From contig JBASTP010000012.1 in assembly GCA_049274945.1 (NCBI GenBank), positions 1 to 41,608 on the forward strand: a stretch of 41,608 bases of DNA, read 5' to 3'. This document shows, piece by piece, positions 36,249 through 41,608 of this stretch. The stretch's first letter is position 1, and every line of letters begins with the position of its first letter. The translations under genes were made by a program, and so were the position numbers. The notes beneath the pieces are model-generated. The model saw nothing but the letters and a program-made list of their open reading frames with translations, ran no database searches and had not been told where the DNA came from. This stretch comes from Patescibacteria group bacterium. Its GTDB lineage: Bacteria > Patescibacteriota > UBA1384 > GWA2-35-9 > JBASTP01.

Positions 36249-37352
36249 ATGCGACCCACAGTATCGGTTGACAAATTCTTCGATCTTCTTGGGCTCTCTC
36301 AGTTATCGTCCGAAGGTTTGAGCGATGTGATCGGCAGAAATGCCTCGAGTTCGAGCGTTCAACAGTTTCAACGCTCTGATCTAGATTACTGTAAGTACGC
36401 TGATGATGCCTCGGCAATCGAATTCTATCGTTGCTTTTACGGCAATACTGTTCCAGAACTCGATATTACTTGGTCCGAGCTCTACTGCCGTGTGTATAAC
36501 CGAGATCTCGACGCCAAAACGCTACCTGAGTTGGTTCATTTCTGTTTAGCCCACGAAACTCGCCGTCAAGTGCTTGACGCCGGCTGCGGTGATGGCATTG
36601 CACTCTGTTTTATGGCGATAAATTGTCCTGACAGCCGTTTTTGCGGTATAGATCGAGATCAAGACGCGCTAAACCTAGCAGAGCGACGCATCAAAAGACT
36701 CGGGCTGCAAAATGTCACGCTGCGAAAGGGAGACATATTTGCTCTGGATCAAGAGCTCAACGGCACTTTCGACTGCATAATTGCTAAGAACATTTTGGAC
36801 GACGCCCGCGAGCGTGGCAGTGTTTACATTGATGGACGATTCATGGCGCAAGAAAAACTTATGAGGTTAAGACGTTTAATCAAAACCAATGCTAGGGTTT
36901 GGGTCAGCTTGTCCCCATATCCACATAACACCGCAAACTTCACGAGCCGCCTAGAAGCTGACATGGTAACAGCGGGATTTACCGTACCACCGGCGCAAGT
37001 GATCCAATATCAAGTGTCTGATCACGCGGTGGAGTATTTGATCTGGACGCTGACACCCGCCGCCCCGCATCAAACCCAGGAAAGCCGACTTCAGCACCGA
37101 CCGGAATACGTAAGTTCCTACCACTTCCCTGTGGGCCACGCTATCCCCGTAGAGGACCTTGTCATGGCTGAGAGATGCTACATCAACCTGAATGCTCCTT
37201 CTACCTGCCCGAGGTGCAGTACACCTGGAGCGTGTGTAATTTACAACGGTGGCCCTGCCCGGACACTCGTTAACCACTTCAAGGTGTTTGCCTGTGTCTA
37301 CTCCTGCGGCGGGTGTAACAATGGATACTTGTATGCCGAGGTGATCGACTAA
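36249..37352 (+). CDS. class I SAM-dependent methyltransferase with a C-terminal Cys-rich (zinc-ribbon-like) extension
   Basis: GAGGGG RBS 7 nt before ATG 36249 (MRPTVSVDKFF...). Motif I VLDAGCGDGIALCFMA. C-terminal CPRCSTPGAC..CVYSCGGCNNGY. Confidence 0.6.
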   Translation: MRPTVSVDKFFDLLGLSQLSSEGLSDVIGRNASSSSVQQFQRSDLDYCKYADDASAIEFYRCFYGNTVPELDITWSELYCRVYNRDLDAKTLPELVHFCLAHETRRQVLDAGCGDGIALCFMAINCPDSRFCGIDRDQDALNLAERRIKRLGLQNVTLRKGDIFALDQELNGTFDCIIAKNILDDARERGSVYIDGRFMAQEKLMRLRRLIKTNARVWVSLSPYPHNTANFTSRLEADMVTAGFTVPPAQVIQYQVSDHAVEYLIWTLTPAAPHQTQESRLQHRPEYVSSYHFPVGHAIPVEDLVMAERCYINLNAPSTCPRCSTPGACVIYNGGPARTLVNHFKVFACVYSCGGCNNGYLYAEVID

Positions 37353-37642
37353 TGCCAGCCGACTATTGCCCGGGATATCATCGTCAGTTTGGGAGGACCT
37401 TCGACATAGCATCACTGGTCAACGCTGGATTTGGCTACATCAACCCACCCGATACCCATTGTCCAAAGTGCAAAAATCAGAAAACTTACCGACAGCCTGG
37501 TACCAGCACGAGAGCTCACCTGGTTGGCCAATGGGCAAACTACGATACTGTCGAGGGCTGGTTGCAGATTTGTGACCCATGTCAAGAAGGTTTTATCTGT
37601 ATCAAGATGGTCAAACACAGATCACAAAAATCAGCCACTTAG
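37352..37642 (+). CDS. Cys-rich small protein (96 aa), translationally coupled to the methyltransferase (TAATG overlap)
   Basis: CPGYH, HCPKCKNQ, CDPCQEGFIC, consistent with one or two zinc-ribbon-like knuckles. Followed by the terminator at 37661-37690. Confidence 0.5.
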   Translation: MPADYCPGYHRQFGRTFDIASLVNAGFGYINPPDTHCPKCKNQKTYRQPGTSTRAHLVGQWANYDTVEGWLQICDPCQEGFICIKMVKHRSQKSAT

Positions 37643-37660
37643 CTTTATTAGCTCATGCAA

Positions 37661-37690
37661 CCGACGGAAAATTCATTCGTCGGTTTTTTT
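37661..37690 (+). terminator. rho-independent terminator
   Basis: CCGACG-gaaaattcatt-CGTCGG followed by TTTTTTT. Confidence 0.7.
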
Positions 37691-37805
37691 GTCAAGAACT
37701 TGCGCACAAGGCTTCGCGGGGCACACTCCTTTTATGATCAGCGATGATTCAAAAAATTTCTGAGCAAGTGGTGGCTTGCCACGCGAAGCTCGAAGGGCGA
37801 AGCGT

Positions 37806-37870
37806 GGACCACCTTAAACTTAATTGGAGCCGGCTGGTTGAGGATTTGAAGGGGTGGCAGGTTTTGAAGG
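37806..37870. repeat. cassette-boundary repeat A (about 60 bp), at the 3' end of the vapBC cassette
   Basis: ggaccaccTTAAACTTAATTGGAGCCGGCTGGTTGAGGATTTGAAGGGGTGGCAGG. Internally an imperfect palindrome. About 80% identical to repeat B. Confidence 0.55.
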
Positions 37871-37884
37871 GAAATATACTAATA

Positions 37885-38256
37885 TTATATCTTTCTGAGT
37901 AACAAATGGGAGATCTTTTCAAAATCATCAACATTGCGAGTGAGTAAGTGAGAACCGGTAAAAATGGCAGTGGCTGCGATCACACTGTCAGCGAGTTCAA
38001 TTGTATGTTGTTGTCGTAAGTAGGCTGCAATTCTTGCAATCCTTGAGTCCAATGGGATGACCGAGACAATTGCTAAAAAATCGTTGATCTTATGTATTTC
38101 GCTGTCGGTCAAATTTTTGAATGATAACAGTTCTAGTTCTGTAATTGTGGACGCGTAAAAGGTAGTCTGGGTTCTAAAAAGCTCGTCAATTATTTTTGCT
38201 ACTGGTACCTCACCTTTTAGATAATAAATGATTGAATTGGTATCGAGCGTATACAC
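37885..38256 (-). CDS. vapC: PIN-domain toxin VapC
   Basis: 123 aa. N-terminal LDTN, then the conserved acidic residues of the PIN fold. Sits 15 nt after a small upstream ORF. Confidence 0.75.
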   Translation of the reverse strand: MYTLDTNSIIYYLKGEVPVAKIIDELFRTQTTFYASTITELELLSFKNLTDSEIHKINDFLAIVSVIPLDSRIARIAAYLRQQHTIELADSVIAATAIFTGSHLLTRNVDDFEKISHLLLRKI

Positions 38257-38271
38257 AGTTGTTTAATAGCT

Positions 38272-38448
38272 CTAAAGTGACGGCAGTTTTCTCAGCCAAC
38301 CTCGGCGCATCAATTCGAGCTCTTTGATCGGATCTGGCTTTCGATTTTTCCAAATCCCTTTAAGACGCTTCAAAATAACCAGTCGCCGCTTTGGATCAGC
38401 GGCATACATAAGGTCTAACGGTCGATTATTTCTGGTCTTTGTTCGCAT
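38272..38448 (-). CDS. vapB: VapB-like antitoxin candidate (58 aa), unannotated
   Basis: ATG complement of 38446-38448. MRTKTRNNRPLDLMYAADPKRRLVILKRLKGIWKNRKPDPIKELELMRRGWLRKLPSL. Immediately upstream of vapC on the same strand. Confidence 0.4.
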   Translation of the reverse strand: MRTKTRNNRPLDLMYAADPKRRLVILKRLKGIWKNRKPDPIKELELMRRGWLRKLPSL

Positions 38449-38515
38449 GTAATAATATTCTCATACTCCTGACTTTTTGTCAATTTCCGTGGTAAACAAG
38501 TATCAACTGTCGATT

Positions 38516-38582
38516 TGAACTACACTAGATTTAATCGGAACCGGTTGGTTGAGGAGTTGAGGGCGTGGCAGCAGGTTTACAA
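38516..38582. repeat. cassette-boundary repeat B
   Basis: gaactacacTAGATTTAATCGGAACCGGTTGGTTGAGGAGTTGAGGGCGTGGCAGCAGG. Confidence 0.55.
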
Positions 38583-38639
38583 GCTTGTTAGAGTGATCGA
38601 ACCAGTGTCACTGTGATAGATAAAAGGGATTACGGAACT

Positions 38640-39026
38640 CTATGGTTTTAAACCCTTAGCTTCTAAGCATAGCTTAAAATAACTCTCATAGTCTGGCCTG
38701 AGATACAAATCTTTCTTTGCAGCCTCTTTATACTCTGATGAGAGCTCTGCTTTAGTTTTTAGTAATTCTATGGCTCCCTTTTCTGCAACTTCCGCACATT
38801 TAATCCTAGTCTCCTGTTCTGATAATTTCGCGTGTGTTTCACTCGTTTCTGCATCGATCTTGCGTTGTTGCTCATTCTGTTTGATCGAAAGTTCTTGTTG
38901 CCTTATGTCTGACCATTTTCCTATGGCGTAGATACCAACAATAACAATAGCGAGGGCCACACTGATATAAGGTACAAGTTTCCGATTCTCCTTGAGCGTT
39001 TTTTCGATCAATTTATACCAATCCAT
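38640..39026 (-). CDS. hypothetical TM-anchored coiled-coil protein
   Basis: 128 aa, one TM helix, Glu/Lys-rich coiled-coil, AT-rich codon usage. Confidence 0.4.
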   Translation of the reverse strand: MDWYKLIEKTLKENRKLVPYISVALAIVIVGIYAIGKWSDIRQQELSIKQNEQQRKIDAETSETHAKLSEQETRIKCAEVAEKGAIELLKTKAELSSEYKEAAKKDLYLRPDYESYFKLCLEAKGLKP

Positions 39027-39135
39027 AACTTGTAATTATAACTCCAATAATTTAGATGTGGCATTTTTCTCCTTTATATTTGGTGAAACTTTAATATCCT
39101 CATAATTCTCTAAATCTATTTCCTTATCTAATATT

Positions 39136-39729
39136 TTAAGATTCTTCTTGTTTTTGTTTTTCTAATTCAAGGCTAAATAAATTTCCATCGTTTTGGTAAT
39201 AATATTTCCAGCCATCACCAATCCCATATTTAGCCGCCGTTTTTTTATCAGGTTTTTTCATTTTTTCTAGTCTCTCGAAATAATCTAGGGGGATTTTTTG
39301 CCAGTCTTTACCTAGCAAAGATTTGAATTTCTTTTCAACTTCTTCCTTCACAACTGAGGGCTCTTTGCTAATTTCAAAAGCATAGTCGTCCATATCAACA
39401 GCAAGCATTACTCTAGCGTGCTTGAGATCTCCTAGAGCCTTAGCATATCTATACCAATCCTTAGCTATCTCTAGCGCTTGATCAGGGACATGTGCAAACC
39501 TTTGTTTTAATCGAAGATAATTTATCTCCATAGCATCAAAGGCGTTCTGGACGTCAATGAAATGCGGAGAATCAAAATGATTAAGCGAAAAAATTATATT
39601 TTTTTGACGGTAAATGCCTTGCTCGATATCCTCCACAGTAGCGGGGCGATTAACGGCCGAGGAACTACTCGACTTGTATATCAAATAGATGATTACTGCG
39701 CCTATAAGTATCCAGAGAGGCATGTACAT
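39136..39729 (-). CDS. hypothetical TM-anchored protein
   Basis: 197 aa with N-terminal TM helix and no recognisable domain. Confidence 0.4.
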   Translation of the reverse strand: MYMPLWILIGAVIIYLIYKSSSSSAVNRPATVEDIEQGIYRQKNIIFSLNHFDSPHFIDVQNAFDAMEINYLRLKQRFAHVPDQALEIAKDWYRYAKALGDLKHARVMLAVDMDDYAFEISKEPSVVKEEVEKKFKSLLGKDWQKIPLDYFERLEKMKKPDKKTAAKYGIGDGWKYYYQNDGNLFSLELEKQKQEES

Positions 39730-39859
39730 AAAATTACTTTATGAAATAATTAATATCTTTGTTATAAAGTTTAGCAAATTTTTTCATCTCCAAAACGTCC
39801 AGTCGGTATTCACCAGATTCTACTCTTGAAATATATGACTGGGGTCGTCTGTGTTGCAT

Positions 39860-39915
39860 GGACTATCTTAGATTTAATTGGGAACGGCTGATCAGAAAAT
39901 TGACTGCCACCTCGA
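39860..39915. repeat. cassette-boundary repeat C (5' half matches A and B), at the 3' end of the HEPN-like gene
   Basis: ggactatctTAGATTTAATTGGGAACGGCTGatcagaaaattgactgccacc. Confidence 0.45.
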
Positions 39916-39924
39916 GTTAAGTAT

Positions 39925-41301
39925 CTAAACTAGGATAGGTTTAACTAACAACATTAATTTTCCTAATTGTAGATTGGCAGAATCGTCAATACAAGCGTAA
40001 TCTATTTGCTCTATAAAACTGTTCTTGTCTATCTTAAGAACTACCATTATTACTATCAATTTTCTTAAATATTCGAGGGTGTTTAATAAAAGATTCTTAA
40101 TATCACCATATCTTGAGTTCAACTTTCTAAATACATTTGGTTTCAACCGGCTGCCATGGGCAAATGTACTCCTTGCAACATAGGCATCATAGAGACACTT
40201 ACGAATCTGACGTGGATTCTCACCCAGAAAAGACATTATCTTCGACAACCTCATGCCTAATTTATATGACAACTCTTTCGTATCCTCGAGTATTAGTGCC
40301 TCTAATCCCATAACTGCACCTGCAATCCGTCCTTCTATAACGTTGTGACGCATGAGGGTATCGCTATAATGAGCGTAAGCAATACTAATATGGTCCACGT
40401 TTTGATCACTTGCCGATCCGTATAAATTGACCGGTAGTGTTAGATCCAACTTTTTCCAAAATTTTCTTAGTTTCTGTTCATCCATTCTATCTATTACACC
40501 TATTTCCGTTGCAACTTCTCGACTTCCAGATTTCATTGTCCCTCGGCTTAAAAAGTCGAGTATAGAATCAGAATACATTTGATAGGATACATATTTTACA
40601 CTGGCTACCTTAAAGAGCCTTAACATTACAATTAGCTTTTCCACTCGTTTTTGTATTTCGTTTGCTCGATCTGTTGGAAGCTCAACAGTAGCAATAGCCG
40701 AAATGTCACCCAGCATATAATTCTGTAGACTAAAGCGATAGTAAGGCACCTCTTTTTCCAAATCGTCGCTTTGTGTTTGACGAATTATAATGCCTTTTAC
40801 AGGCCTTATTTTTTTTGGCTTTAATACAATACCCTGTAACTCCACCTGGGCTCCAGATTTAAAACGTAAGTTTGACAATTCGCTAATAAACTGTACTACA
40901 AACTTAGCTGAAGCAGTTTTCGCCTTCCTTGGGTTGTCAAAATGATGTTTCACTACTACTCCTAGCAAACTATCAATATCTCGTTTTACTGTATCTTTTC
41001 TTCCTGGGTAAGCTACTAATAATTCATTAACGGAAATTTTGTATTCACTTACTTGATGAACTTCTCGTAAGGCTTGATTAGTAGCTCGAAACCAGACTTT
41101 TTTAGTAGTATACTCTCCGTCCGCAGAGGGATTTTCGACGCCGCGGTCTCCATAATTAAAATGCCTAAGTTTCCAGTGGAAGTAGGTTTCGAAGTCTGGG
41201 AGAAATTTTTTTTCCACTATACCGTTTTGAACAATAGTTCCAGCTCTGGTAACGAGTAGGTTCAATTTATCGGATAGCTGTTGATTTTTTCTAGTAATCA
41301 T
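39925..41301 (-). CDS. large hypothetical protein with C-terminal HEPN-like Rx4H motif (ApeA/Abi-like candidate defence nuclease)
   Basis: 458 aa. C-terminal ...YDAYVARSTFAHGS... gives R-x4-H. Overall architecture (novel N-terminal region plus C-terminal HEPN) matches ApeA-type proteins. AT-rich island. Confidence 0.35.
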   Translation of the reverse strand: MITRKNQQLSDKLNLLVTRAGTIVQNGIVEKKFLPDFETYFHWKLRHFNYGDRGVENPSADGEYTTKKVWFRATNQALREVHQVSEYKISVNELLVAYPGRKDTVKRDIDSLLGVVVKHHFDNPRKAKTASAKFVVQFISELSNLRFKSGAQVELQGIVLKPKKIRPVKGIIIRQTQSDDLEKEVPYYRFSLQNYMLGDISAIATVELPTDRANEIQKRVEKLIVMLRLFKVASVKYVSYQMYSDSILDFLSRGTMKSGSREVATEIGVIDRMDEQKLRKFWKKLDLTLPVNLYGSASDQNVDHISIAYAHYSDTLMRHNVIEGRIAGAVMGLEALILEDTKELSYKLGMRLSKIMSFLGENPRQIRKCLYDAYVARSTFAHGSRLKPNVFRKLNSRYGDIKNLLLNTLEYLRKLIVIMVVLKIDKNSFIEQIDYACIDDSANLQLGKLMLLVKPILV

Positions 41302-41413
41302 AAACGAGAGACTTTGTCCTCGTTTAGTCTGACATAAATTGTAGTTTCACTCAAGGATATATGTGGAGAGGGAATTATATTGGCTAATTGAGGTGTTAAG
41401 TGAAGAAGACCCA

Positions 41414-41608
41414 AGGGGAAGCGAACAAGTAAATCTGCCTAAGCTCTGGAGACCTCGCTACGGCAGATTTACTTCACGAAACTCTTCCGTTTCGTGGGCT
41501 TCCGCCTACGGGGAAAACACAGATTTCTGTTTTCCCCGACCCCCTTTCGCGTTCGATTCCCCTTGCCCTAATCACGAAAAGAACTCGCATAAAGCGAGTC
41601 TTTCGTGA
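41414..41608 (-). ncRNA. copy 3 of the tRNA-adjacent structured repeat (minus strand, diverged, with leader hairpin), running to the window end
   Basis: The reverse complement aligns with copies 1 and 2. Stem changes are compensatory: gcaaatctgcc/ggcagatttgc becomes gtaaatctgcc/ggcagatttac, and the leader hairpin caaaaag..ctttttg becomes cacgaaag..cttttcgtg. Confidence 0.5.

Noticed and set aside
37806-39915. CRISPR array interpretation of repeats A, B and C
   Set aside because: The repeats are about 60 bp, only about 80% identical, and separated by 0.6-1.3 kb of protein-coding sequence rather than 30-40-bp spacers. No cas genes.

Overview
This 41.6-kb window reads as bacterial chromosome from a small-genome, Patescibacteria/Saccharibacteria-like organism. 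That lineage call is inference from gene content only. The backbone is mostly plus-strand and moderately GC-rich, with visibly AT-rich inserts. Housekeeping genes on the backbone: sppA, an RDD-family protein, uppS, a DEAD-box helicase, an RRM protein, uvrB-uvrA-(wHTH)-arsR-uvrC clustered together, a C39-like peptidase, rny, a pentose-phosphate operon (tkt, tal, a PGI/PMI-type isomerase, and a single-ORF zwf-gnd fusion), two DUF881 paralogs, an AI-2E transporter, an XRE-HTH::Hsp20 fusion, a CopB-like P1B-ATPase operon on the minus strand, a DM13 protein and an FAD oxidoreductase. I count eight tRNA genes: Arg-TCT, His-GTG, Arg-TCG, Lys-CTT, Glu-TTC, Val-GAC, and Pro-CGG and Arg-CCT on the minus strand. 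Accessory and unusual content: (1) a roughly 150-190-nt structured repeat in three copies, always next to tRNA genes, with compensatory base changes in its stems and duplication of the tRNA 3' end; (2) a family of CCCGAC/GTCGGG double-hairpin repeats at four loci, one of them separating tRNA-Val from a duplicated tRNA-Val 3' fragment; (3) small HNH and GIY-YIG endonuclease genes overlapping the 5' ends of tRNA-His and tRNA-Val; (4) an AT-rich island at 6.9-9.3 kb carrying a Panacea (DUF4065) antitoxin-like gene with an overlapping 124-aa candidate toxin; (5) an AT-rich minus-strand cassette array at 37.8-41.3 kb (vapBC, two small membrane/coiled-coil proteins, a 458-aa protein with a C-terminal HEPN-like Rx4H motif), in which each cassette ends in a related roughly 60-bp repeat, reminiscent of integron attC arrays; (6) a SAM-methyltransferase with a Cys-rich tail, translationally coupled to a 96-aa Cys-rich protein; (7) a roughly 190-nt GC-rich, highly structured non-coding region upstream of tRNA-Glu, possibly a 6S-like RNA; (8) an SGNH hydrolase interrupted by an in-frame TAG that starts 2 nt after tRNA-Glu. 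Several genes appear to be leaderless (the promoter -10 sits about 7 nt before the ATG).
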